From: Antedon mediterranea
Lineage: Eukaryota > Animalia > Echinodermata
Direction: 5' to 3'
NCBI RefSeq assembly: GCF_964355755.1
Contig: NC_092678.1
Span: 25,065,365 to 25,129,364 of the forward strand
Length of the DNA: 64,000 nucleotides
The notes under the pieces were generated by a model. That model made no database searches, had not been told where the DNA came from, and saw nothing but the letters and a program-made list of their open reading frames with translations. This document shows, piece after piece, positions 47,131 to 64,000 of the stretch (positions within the stretch are counted from its first letter, which is position 1; the number at the start of each line of letters is the position of its first letter). The translations under genes were made by a program, and so were the position numbers.

Positions 47131-47967
47131 CAAAGAATATATATCACAAGAATGAGTAATCCGCGATTTTCCCTGTAACAGTAATATTGTCCATGTGGTA
47201 GGGCGCCGCCATAAGTGTGGATGTATCTGGGATGTATACAACTTTTTGTGACGGTTTCAATAATCAAAGGCTAGACCACCGGTAGTATTTTCATGATAAA
47301 AAATGTTATCAACTACATGCCAACATCATGTTAAATACTATTTGGATATTTAATTGTTCGTTTTATGCAATTTATTTAGTAAAAACTGCCGTATAAACAG
47401 TTTGCTTTATCAACCGGGCGCTACGATAGCGTGACCGGGCGTGTTGGTGTTTACGCGTTTTCACGAAGGATTGTTTAATAATATTCCTATATTTAACTTG
47501 TTTCTGGTAAAACAAATAAATGTTAATAACATTTAACATTTTGTCCTATTAATAACATGTATTTTATACTAATTTATATCATAAAAACAATACTTAATTT
47601 ACCGGGCGTAGAGTAGTACACGGCAATGGTAAAGAATAGGCCGTGCTGAGTAACGATTCATGGATTTTTGGTGTTGCTGTGTTAGGCCTTTTTTGTGAAC
47701 TAACTTAGCATGTTAGTAAATAATTGTCTGTAAAAGTGAATGTACACTAGTTTGTTAATAAATATGTATTATAAAATAGTTTACAATTGCAAAAACTATT
47801 ATTATAATTCTATTTAATGTGACATGTATAATATCTATTAAATCAAGTCTTATTTAGTATGTATACATCCGCCCTTATGAGGGCGGGCATCACTCACTGG
47901 AGCTCTCTGTTACAAATTCCTCATGCAAAAATCGCGGAATACTCATTCTTGTGATATATATTCTTTG
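47131..47967. mobile_element. Non-autonomous P-superfamily-like DNA transposon
   Basis: About 40-bp TIRs CAAAGAATATATATCACAAGAATGAGTA.TCCGCGATTTT with CA...TG ends and a 7-bp TSD GTACAAC at 47124-47130 and 47968-47974. Confidence 0.85.
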
Positions 47968-47979
47968 GTACAACTTAAC

Positions 47980-48697
47980 GACTTATGATAGCAGCAAAAA
48001 ACACAACTACCCCCTCTATTGGTTATCCCAGTACAATAGTTCCCGTACTAAAAAGAAATAAAAATAAAAGGTATTTTCCCATTATAATACAATGTAATAT
48101 TCATTAAATACTTCTTTTAAACTAGTATCCTCCTAGAACCTCAACATCAATAGACCACTCTTTGATTTAAATTTAGTTTAAAAAATGTATGATAGCAGCA
48201 AAAACCACAACTACCCCCTCTATTGATAATCCGGCCAGTACAATAGTTCCCGTACTGAAAAGAAATAAAATATATTTTCCTATCATAATACACCTCTAAT
48301 ATTCATTAAATACTTAATTTAAAACTCTTATTCTAGCACATAAACATGGATTGACCACTGCTTACTTTAAAAAAAAATGAATTTAACACGGTTTTTAGAC
48401 CAACAAATATTGTCAACATTTATGATAGCAGCAAAAACCACAACTACCCCCTCTATTGGTGATCCCAGTTCAAAAGTTCCCGTATTGAAAGGAAATAAAA
48501 AATAAAATGCATTTTTCCACCTCTAATATTCATGAAATAATTCATTTAAAACTAGTATCCGAGCACTTCAACATGGATAGACCACTGCTGACTTTTAAAC
48601 GAATAACTATAACACGGTTTAAGTCAAAATTAGGCCCAACAAATGTTGTCAAAATGTATGACAGCAGCAAAAAACAAAACTACCCCCTCTATTGGTA
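47980..48697. repeat. Diverged ~210-240-bp tandem repeat, 4 units
   Basis: TATGATAGCAGCAAAAA.CACAACTACCCCCTCTATTGG recurs at ~47982, 48188, 48421 and 48657. Confidence 0.85.
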
Positions 48698-49054
48698 ACT
48701 AGTAACTCTTCGTCACGCTTGAGGAAATTCAGTGAAAACATCGCAAGAAGAGCAATTTGGAGTTTAGATTATTTGGAGGATTTTCGAGGTTTTTAGGTTA
48801 TTTTGAGTAAACTAATTATAAATAAACATAAAATGGGCATATATGTGCCTCTTCTAGTACTACTACTGGAGCTAGGATGGCCTAGGCCTACTGCATATTA
48901 TTATTTATTTGCCAATATGATCCAACCAGGCCCAGGCAGGGTAGGGAGGCTGGTATTATGATAAACAGACGATCGGGCCCATTATAGAGACGATCGGGCC
49001 TCGCCGAAATGATATCTATTGTCTTTTATTTGCAGTGCATTCAATGACACCATC

Positions 49055-52000
49055 ATGGGGAGCAAGGCAGAACTGTTCTTATGCTGTAAAGCAGGAGACC
49101 TGTATCAAGTAAAGTAGGTTGAAAGGTCAATGACCTCTTGAGATAGTTACCATACTATCACATGTATATTAAAACACCTCTCACATTATTACTATTACAA
49201 TCTGTGATTGTGGAGGACCTCGATTGTGTTGTAATTGAAACTCTAGTATGTTGACCCTTAACATTGTTATTCTAGATTCTAACATTCTTAACTTTTTTTA
49301 TTTTTCTCACAACACTTAAAAAAGTAAAACTGCCTTTCCTGATTGATAGTAAAAATGTTTGCTTTTAACCTGTGACTTATCTTTAATACATACTTATTTT
49401 GTTACCGTCTTTAGATACCTATTGGAGAAGAAAGAAGTTGATGTAAATATCCGTGATACTTGGGATAGTACTCCACTGTAGGTAAAAACTTGTGTGATGT
49501 GCCCAAATATGGTAGTGATATGCCCAAATATGGTAGTAATATGCCCAAATATGGTAGTGATATGGTGTCATGATGTCCGTATATGGGCACATCACACTTT
49601 GTTGTCACATAAAGTTTGATAGTGTAGAACAAAATCCTGATAGCTTCCAATTTCTGTATAGAACTTATTCCATCAGTTAATTATTGTATCTAAAATATTG
49701 TTTTCTTGTTGTAGATATTATGCTTGTTTGTGTGGACATTTGGATGTAGTTAGATATCTACTAGATAATGGTACAGTATGATAGATGTATTATTAATAAG
49801 TTTCTTCTAAGATTAATGAATCAATAAAATAAACCTCTAAATTATGGAAAAATGATTTAATTAAAGTTTGTACTTGTAGGAGCACGTTGTGAAGCAAAGA
49901 CTTTTGACGGAGAACGATGCATATATGGCGCCCTCACTGATGAAATCAGAGACGTTCTGAAAGGATATAAGGCTGTTAACACTGGTAGTAGGAAGCGAGA
50001 CGAGTACCAAGACTTCTTATTGAGGTAAACACACACATGTCTGTACAATGGTACAAACAAGTTAGTATAGTCATATACTTGTGAATATATACATTATATT
50101 TACATACAGTAATTGTAATTTAAAATATATCAATATTTGCATTTTTCCAGGGCTTTAGAAGGCGGATTGTACGAAGATATTCAATTTGTTATTCATGATG
50201 AGACATACATTAGTCATCGTTGTATCCTAGCAACTCGCTGCCAATATTTAGCAGAATTACTTGAGGGAAAATGGAAGCATAGGAACACCATACACATCAA
50301 GCATGAACTGGTAATGTTGTTTTAAGATCCTAATTACACATTGTCTTATTCCATGCAGGTTGTACTATTAATTTGATATTAGAGACAATAAATCCCTGTC
50401 TGAAACATTTGTATTTTTAATTAAATTTGGTAATAACTTAAAATACATTTTTTCAGGTGAGACCTCAGGCCTTTCAAGCCATTCTGAAGTATCTGTATAC
50501 AGGTATTGAATTTGATTTTATTCACTAAAAAGTAAACATATGTAGACAAGCGATACCCGTGTTATTGTGGGGACAGGAACGTCTCAAACTGAGGCATTCA
50601 CTTGCACTATCTCCATAAAAGGTTTCTGACCAGACAATTTAATTTTGTTTTTTAAGGAATTTTTCAGATACAGCTGGATTGTGTGGAAGATGCCTTACAG
50701 TTTGCCAACAAGTTCCAGCTGAAATACCTTCAGCAAGAAATAGAAGAAAAGCTGAAAACTGTTTACACATTTGGTAAAAATAAAAGAATATATGTTCCTA
50801 AGTATTCTTGTATTTACTTACTGTAGTATAAAGTGGAGCAAACTTCTCTGACCAAATAACTATATATTTTACAGTTCTTTCTAATCAAAAGTTTCTTATT
50901 TTCAAATCTAACACATAAAACTAATCTATAAGGTATTTCTATTTAAAAATCAAAGGAAATGTAAATTATGAATAAATAACTACTGAACCCAATATTACTG
51001 CCTTTAAAATTATGAACCTCTATAAGAATTACACCAGACACAAAGAAATCAGCCATTGTTTCCTCCAACTTGTTAGCTGTGTAGACACGATACAGTAGTG
51101 GACTACTAGTACCGGTATTAGTATTTCTTAGTATAGACTACTGTAGGCTTTTACTATACATTTAACACTAAACCAACATTAAGTAGTTATTAAACATTCA
51201 TCTTATTCAATATTAATTCTGTAGCTTTTCCACCATTTATTGTCTAGTTTATCTAATTATTATTCAAATTTGTGTTGTGTTTCTTCAATTTAGTTCATGA
51301 AAAACCAGGAACAGATGTGAACATTCTATGTATAGAAACGCCAAACGAATTTCAATCGTTAAAAGACGATTTCCAGACTTTGGCTGACATGGCGATGCCT
51401 GCATTACCAAATTGGGTAGGTCACGTCGTGAGGTCACAGATTACCTTTGAACTCTTGGTTTGAGTTGCTAAAGTTCACCAAAATCTCACTTTATTTGTGA
51501 ATCCGTTGCGAGTATCCATATTTGTTAATAATGTGGAGATACAGAGAATCTGTTGAACAGCAGTGAATGCGTTGATCAGTAAAACAGTTATTTAATTACT
51601 TTTTTTTACTTTACTATTACTTTTTTTTTTTTTTTCGTTGAACTGTTAACGATTAAAGATGATAGCGTCGAATAACATCGACAAGAAAACAGGCTAAGTT
51701 GGAGCAGATTACAAACTTTCTATATTTTGTGAATCTGTTGTAATTGTCACATCAGAGTATGCATTTTCTTATACAGTTCATTTTAAATTAGTTTTTGTTT
51801 GTTTGTGTTTAATTACAGTTTATTTTAAATTAGTTTTTGTGTTTAATTACAGATGGAGATGGGTCTTCCGTTTCAGTCTGATCTGCTGCCACCATTCTGT
51901 GATATTTGTTTTCAAGTTGAAGAAAGCCGTTTTTTTTGTCATAAGGCAAGTGTTTCAACATTAAAGATGTGGAAGAAGTGGATAGATGCTGTAAAAGCAT

Positions 52001-53372
52001 AGAACGAGTGACCGTCGTCATAAAATTGACAAAAAAAGTGTGATATGCCCAAATATGGTAGTGATATGACATCATCCTGTCGATATATGGGCACATCGCA
52101 TTTTTTAATCACATAAAGGAGATGTTAAACTCTATAATTATCACTATCAATGATGTTTGTTTGTTTGTTTGTCGTAGGTGTTTTTCTGCGGTCGAAGCGA
52201 TTACTTCAAAGGATTGCTATCCAATCATTTCAGTGAGTTGACAGAAGATGATGATTGTCTTGTACAAAAGATTACGCTACAAGGCGTCTCCACACAAGTG
52301 TTCTCCACGGTTGTCAACTATATTTACACAAACAAAGTGGAGGTATGTACGTTCAAAGATTTTGTTTGGAATAATAATTAAGGAATTTCACTTCATATAC
52401 ATGTAGACATGATATAAAGATATTTTTTAATTTTGTTATAATTAGATTTCGGAGGACAACAGCTATGAAGTATTGGTAACTGCAGATATGTATCTGTTGT
52501 CTGGACTGAAGAGACTGTGTGCCAATGAGATTGGAGGTCATCTTACAGAGGGCAGTGTTCTGACAATACTTAGGGTTGCTAAGATGTTTAACTTAGTGCG
52601 ACTTGAAGATCAATGTGTGGAATATATGGCAAAGATTGTGGACAAGGTTTGTGTAGTAACAGCTCTTGATTTGCGACTGCTTAGAAACTACTTTTGTCGT
52701 GTAGGAATGTTTTCTTTGTTCACTTGCATGTGTCTAGACCGAAATTAGTAACAAGATAAATATTTTGGCACATATGGCATTTCATACCTATAATACAGGA
52801 GTTTGTGTATTTTCATAGTGTTCAGAAAAAAATCGAAACGCCGACTGACGGACTAACATAAAAAAGACAATAACTACAGACTTGGGGCAAGTCTAGTATC
52901 CAGGCATTGACTATGACACAGTATTTGTAGGTTCTTGGTACAAATCCCCTCCAAATTGAAAGCTTACTATAACATTAGGTGTTATAGTGACTGATGATAG
53001 TTTTGATGGTAAAGATGTCACTGATTACAGTGACAAGTAGATTTTGTTATGAAAAAAAAAATTGAAGGAGATGGCAGATTGGAGAGAGATACAAACCAAA
53101 CCCAGTACCGTTTCTGATTATTCGGGAAATTTCCTCATGACGACTTGTTCATTACACTTTCACAGATGGTAACAAATGAAGATTTCGCAATACTAGTTCA
53201 AGAAGACGCTGCAAACGTTCAAGAAAGAGAAGAAATAGACTCAATTCCGATCATTGACGACATGCGCCACCACATCAGTTGCAACGTGCAGACGACAAGT
53301 GCAATAGCAGATGCTCAGGAGAAGTTGAATTTGTTAGATAAGTTCCTGGAGCAACTTGACCTCATTTGTTAA
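49055..53372 (+). CDS. ABTB1: Ankyrin repeat and BTB/POZ domain-containing protein 1 (multi-exon)
   Basis: MGSKAELFLCCKAGDL...VDVNIRDTWDSTPLYYACLCGH...GARCEAKTFDGERCIYGAL...HRCILATRC...DICF...CHKVFFCGRSDYF...ADMYLLSGLKRLC...DSIPIIDDMRHH. Confidence 0.93.
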
Positions 53373-54026
53373 GATTATTTTTAGTTTTTTTTAGAATTCA
53401 TAGTTTTTTATTGTAAATAATTTATAAAATATTTCATTAGAATTTATAAAACTAAAAGAATATAAATTATATTTATATATAAAATGAAAAATAGTATTTA
53501 AACAAATTTGTTTTTCGATTTAGAAAATTATAAAATTAGGTTATTATTATTAAGATAACTTTGTTTTAACTAATTCATTTTTGACTATTTTATCAATTAC
53601 TAAAGTGTAGTAAATTTAATAATAATTGTAAATATTCCCTTCCTCCCAGTGAAAAAATGACTAGTACACACTGCATATTGTAACTGTTTTAATTCTAATT
53701 AATTTGATAATAACAGAACAGTCAATGGAATCTAGTATTGGGCTTTTTATAATACTTACAAGTTGCTTTTGATCAACAATTAAACTGTATTATTGATTAT
53801 TATTTTTATTGATAATTATTTTTGAATTATTTATTGGAAAAATAAGTTAATACTTAACAGATTACTGTATCATAAAGATTGTGTTTGACAGTGATGGTTT
53901 AATTCCAGTTTTTGTTTTATATAGTGTCTGCATCATGTTATGCTTTACTCTTAAAACCTGATGATGTTTTGTTACAGTAATGTACTTGTTATTCTGTCTG
54001 TCACATTCATTCATAATGTAACAACA

Positions 54027-55686
54027 TTATTGTAACAATTTCCCAGCTTCTTTAAATTTTGTTAAAAGGCCATCGTTTTCCCGGAGAGAGAAAGTCATTG
54101 ATTTTTTCTGATAGTAGTTGGCAACCATCTCAATATTCTCAATGACGTCTGACAGCAGGTACGCTCGTCCCACTTGGATACCGGGGGCTTCAAACTTGAG
54201 GTGTGTAACATGCACGTGAAAATGATAATACGAAGGCTGGTAGTGGACGTACATTCGCAGCTGGCTAGGTCCGACGTTGAACTTTTCTTTAACAGCAATC
54301 TGTAGAGATAAAAACAAGAAATAAGTTGAGAAAAATACTTTTGGGAAATGAATTATGAACATTACCGGTATCTAGAGAGTTGGATAAATTATTTTTAAAT
54401 AAACACATAACTTTTTTTTTCCAAAAAATACAACCGTAACACAAAATCACTTAAACATAACTTACTCTACATTTTTCTTGAATATTTTTCAATAATGGTA
54501 AGTGTTTTTCATTTAAGTCTCTGAGACTCATGACGTCTTTCCTGTGGCATATAGCAATGAGGTAGAGATTCTCCAATTGTTTCTTGTCCCATTTCATGTC
54601 TGGTAACAATACAAATCCATTGTTTTCATCCTCGTCTTCAAAGATAATACGATCAGCTTCTGATGTCTTATTCAGAATATTGTAAACCCACTAGATGAAA
54701 GAAAAATATTGTTATAGTAACAGATTTTAAGATTACATTTAAAACTAAAATATTAATAGAAATAAAAATTCTTCAAAACAAGAAAACATTGTGTTAAACA
54801 ATGAAGAAATCTCAACTTATGATTTTTCAACGAGTAAAGCATGTAGTACTTTACCTGTAGACTAAATTTCTGTGATTGTAGATATGGTAGTGTAATATTG
54901 ACGTAGTCCTCGTAACTCTCGCATATCAAGTTCACATTTTGTGCGGTGTACTTCTGTATGTGGCGCTCTGTTGCAGGATAGATAACTGTTGTTTTCACAC
55001 CTAAAAGAAAAACAATTATTGGCTTTTTCAGAGAAACAAATGTTAAATTCTTTTCATGTAAACCATTCACATTGTTTAACATTTTAGTTCAATAAAAAAA
55101 TTATATAATTATTAAAACAAGATTATTATTTATACAGTATGTCATCTTGACCATCCCTCCTTGACAATAAGAAATAATGTGATTTAATATTTAATTTAAT
55201 AATAATCACACATATTAATTTAAAAAGCAAAAAAAAAAGAATTTAATGCAAAATAAAACATTGACAAAGAATGAATAGAGACAATTCTTTTAATACAATA
55301 TTAATATTCTTTCTGACTTTTTTTTAATCCAGGTTAATCGCTAATACTGAATAGATACCATTAAGCAATTTGTCTGGGTATCCGGTAAACATGCCATATA
55401 TATCATTCTGCATTTGAAGAGACAGTTCCATCTTGGATGAAAGAAGATTGCCGACAGTCTCTTCTGAAAACGGTGTTTTCTCTAGAATAACTACCGCATT
55501 CTCCTCCTCCTTACACTTCTCATCTTTTGAGAACTTTCCCAGAACAAAAATACTTTTATTTGAAGCATTTTCATTTAAAATTTTTGTAATTGTGAATCCA
55601 TCAAATGATTTTAATTCTTGCTGAGTTGTCTCTTCGTCGATTTTTCGTTTCTTTGTAGCTTGTTCTTTTGCGTCTACAGAACTCAT
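54027..55686 (-). CDS. DCPS: m7GpppX diphosphatase (scavenger decapping enzyme), four exons
   Basis: [37 protein letters not shown]...[11 protein letters not shown]...LYLIAI and the HIT motif [14 protein letters not shown]. Confidence 0.95.
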
Positions 55687-56053
55687 CCTTTCGATCCTGC
55701 TTGTTTTTCTCTGTTTTGTTTACCGTCGTTTTGTTGAGTTTCGCGGATTTTTTTGTTGTGACATGTGCTTGACCCTGGGTCACTAACTATCTCACTTTTG
55801 CCAATTGAGTGAAATAAAAATAATACAAAGCTGTACTTCAAAATAAATAAAAACTCAATAACATATTATAATGAATTTTTTTAAATATTAAACGAGTTAA
55901 TAATTAATTTTAGCTATTAAATTGTCTAAAATGTTGTTAATGTTGCGAGTGAAAGGTCGATACCAACGGCAACCATGATACGCGCTGCTGCAATATTTTT
56001 TCCCACGCACTGTTTTTGTGTACAAAAATTAACAGTTAAAATACGTTTATATA
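55687..56053. promoter_or_regulatory. Probable bidirectional promoter for DCPS and ZMYND10, with an X-box-like motif at 55959-55973
   Basis: Divergent ATGs about 370 bp apart. The minus strand reads GTTGCC-GTT-GGTATC, resembling the RFX consensus GTNRCC-N0-3-RGYAAC. Confidence 0.55.
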
Positions 56054-61529
<5,476 letters not shown>

Positions 61530-61908
61530 CAGAGGTAATTGAAAATAGAATCATTTTTCTGCATGTTTTTATTTTTCCATAAAAGGAATTGTTTTCCGCT
61601 TCCATTGTTTTCATTGTGTTTTGTGAGAACAATCCAATCTTACCAATCATTTTTTACAGTATGTATTTTATTAATAAAAAAATCCAATTATACTAATAAG
61701 TTCAAATTAGTATTGAAAGCAACTTCTCTTTCCACTATTTTACAATCTAAAGCTTTTAAAATCCAAGACAGCAATTGATATTTGTCTGTTTACGGTGAGT
61801 GATTTTCAATGTTAAATTTTGTTTACTTGTGTTGTGCGTACATCATACAGTTTTTTAAATTTTTTTTTAATGTTCACTCTTATGTACAAACAGTCTAAAA
61901 ATATGGTT

Positions 61909-62171
61909 AGCAACTAGAAGGCGTTTGCTGAAGACCAACTAAGACAGCAACTAGAAGGCGTTTGCTGAAGACCAACTAAGACAGCAACTAGAAGGCGTTT
62001 GCTGAAGACCAACTAAGACAGCAACTAGAAGGCATTTGCTGAAGTTCAACTAAGACAGCAACTAGAAGGCGTTTGCTGAAGACCAACTAAGACAGCAACT
62101 AGAAGGCGTTTGCTGAAGACCAACTAAGACAGCAACTAGAAGGCGTTTGCTGAAGACCAACTAAGACAGCA
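61909..62171. repeat. 37-bp tandem repeat, 7 units, between the 3' ends of ZMYND10 and the SLC16-like gene
   Basis: (GCAACTAGAAGGCGTTTGCTGAAGACCAACTAAGACA)n with no spacers. Confidence 0.95.
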
Positions 62172-62358
62172 TCGTACAAGGTGGCCGGACAAAATGTCTT
62201 GACTTGTCAGTGCTGTCTGAGTTGAATCCCGGTGAGCGTAGTTGGCCTCAATGCTTCATTTATTTATCAGTGTACTTTTTGGCACACAAACAAATTATCA
62301 AACCTTAAGAATATTCGATTCTTGCTAATATTCACATAGTGGAACCAGTTTTAAGATA

Positions 62359-63706
62359 TTATACATGTGTCTCTTTATCTGAATCCTCTTCTTCACTAAT
62401 TTTCTGTGTTTTTCCCCGAAGTTTGGTAATAATCTCTGCTATTGTTAGCATAATACCTACTATTAAGTAGTTGGCAGCAGCAAAGAAAAACGATATTTTG
62501 TAGTTTCCAATTTTATCATAAAGCGCTCCTGAAATGAAAAAGAAAATGTTGTGTCAATGTATCTTTTAGGAAAAACTACGGTGATGTCTTTTTAATAATA
62601 ATTTCTTTCAACTCACTTGGTTTGATTCTTGATGAGATTCTGCCTTTTCAAGATTTTTTGTTCATTGTCCAGTAATTTATGAGTTACGTCATTAACTATT
62701 ATTATGGCCGACATCTGTCACGAACAACAATTTCAATTAGTTTTACATTCATCTGAATGATGGATGAAACTAAGACAGGACTGTATAAAGCACCTTGATT
62801 GGTCCTATCATTGATCAAGGGCTTCTCTCATCCAGTGCCTAGCTTGTCCAGAAGTGCTTATTTCAAATTCCTGAGACCCCAGCCCCATAAATACTTGCAT
62901 TTAATAAATGAGTATTTCCTTACCTACTATGTAACCACCAAATATTGCAGTGAATCCTGAAGGAACAAGACTGATGCCATAAGCTCGAGCAAAGACGCGT
63001 TTTGGAACAAACTCCTTGACAATCGCTGGTATTTGCGGGATGTAGATGCCAAAGAAAAGTCCAGTTATTAACGAGAATGTTAGAAGAGACGGAAAAGATT
63101 GCGATACCGCCACAGCTGACATCGTGCACGTGATGACAAACATGCAGAAGATGAAGAGGTTATATTCTGAAATCCAACCAAAGTATAACGGTATCGCGTT
63201 CGCCACTCGTCCGGCAAGATTCCCAATTCCAAATGCGCCAAAGATTATCGAAGCTTGGAAATCGGTAACGCCTTTATATATTGCACTAGCGATCAGGTGT
63301 ACGTAGAATCCTGAATAACCAACACATATAAAACACGTCGCTACGGTCATTAGTATCAGACGTGGATATTTCTTAAACAATCGTAGATTGTGTAAAATTG
63401 TGTCTCGATCTTCATTATTTGTAATCACATCTATTGAACATTTTTTATCATCTTCTGACATCGGATAGAAGTCTTTACGGAAAATCAGAGTTGCGATAAC
63501 AACGCTGTGTAGAGATACCGCCCCCATTATCAGCAGTGAACCTCTCCATCCGTAATACATTTTTAGTACTGAGCACGCCAATGGTATTATTAGAATTCCG
63601 AGTCCGATTGCCGCAAAAAGAACTCCATTAGCGATGCTGACTGATCTCTTGTAGTTCAAATTCACATATATTACCATTGTTTGAAAACAAATGCAGACTC
63701 CTGCAC
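62359..63706 (-). CDS. SLC16/monocarboxylate-transporter-like MFS protein, last two exons (62924-63706, 62359-62528); 5' end outside the window
   Basis: KRSVSIANG...GLGILI.P...YYGWRGSLLIMGAVSLH...GNLAGRV...GGYIVGALYDKIGNYKISF, with multiple hydrophobic segments. Confidence 0.85.
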
Positions 63707-64000
63707 CTAAAAAGTTTGAAAAATTGTAAAAACTGTTATTCATTTGTGAAAAAGATTATTTATTCCGTCTTTCAGTGCTAAAGGATTGATTTCTAAAGTG
63801 GGTTCAGTAGAACATGTACAATTTAATACAAACATAGAGTATATATAAATAATGAAATCAATTCAAGGTAAAACATACTTAATACTATTACTAATACTAT
63901 TTTGGATTAAATTTTTTTAAGTTGAAAGTGTCATAAATTTATAGTTGCTTTTTGTTGTTCCATAATTTGTGGTTGACCGATATACAAAAGTGCTTTTACC

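Noticed and set aside
61909-62171. 37-bp repeat of CRISPR-like length
   Set aside because: Units are directly head-to-tail with no unique spacers, there are no cas genes, and the context is eukaryotic.

Overview
AT-rich, intron-rich animal genomic DNA, read by eye as a marine invertebrate and plausibly an echinoderm (not confirmed). It is not prokaryotic and contains no CRISPR array. About half the window (32301 down past position 1, minus strand) is one very large mosaic gene: signal peptide, CUB, about 30 single-exon antistasin-type Cys6 modules with Thr/Glu/Val-rich spacer exons, 12 FN3 domains in two near-identical ~2.6 kb cassettes, a thyroglobulin type-1 domain, then six L1CAM/neuroglian-like Ig domains running off the window. 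This gene is the best candidate for an undescribed system. Next come a synaptophysin-family gene (+), a near full-length LINE (-) whose ORF1 has PHD, SGNH-esterase and CCHC motifs and whose ORF2 is broken by one palindromic insertion, ABTB1 (+), DCPS (-), ZMYND10 (+) and the 3' part of an SLC16/MCT-like gene (-). Many non-autonomous elements are present: MULE-like (9-bp TSD), P-like (7-bp TSD), a Helentron/HINE-like element carrying two tRNA-Val-like sequences, two MITE families that generate 21-bp minisatellites, and tRNA-derived SINEs. Exon coordinates were read manually and may be off by a few bases. No alignments or database searches were run.
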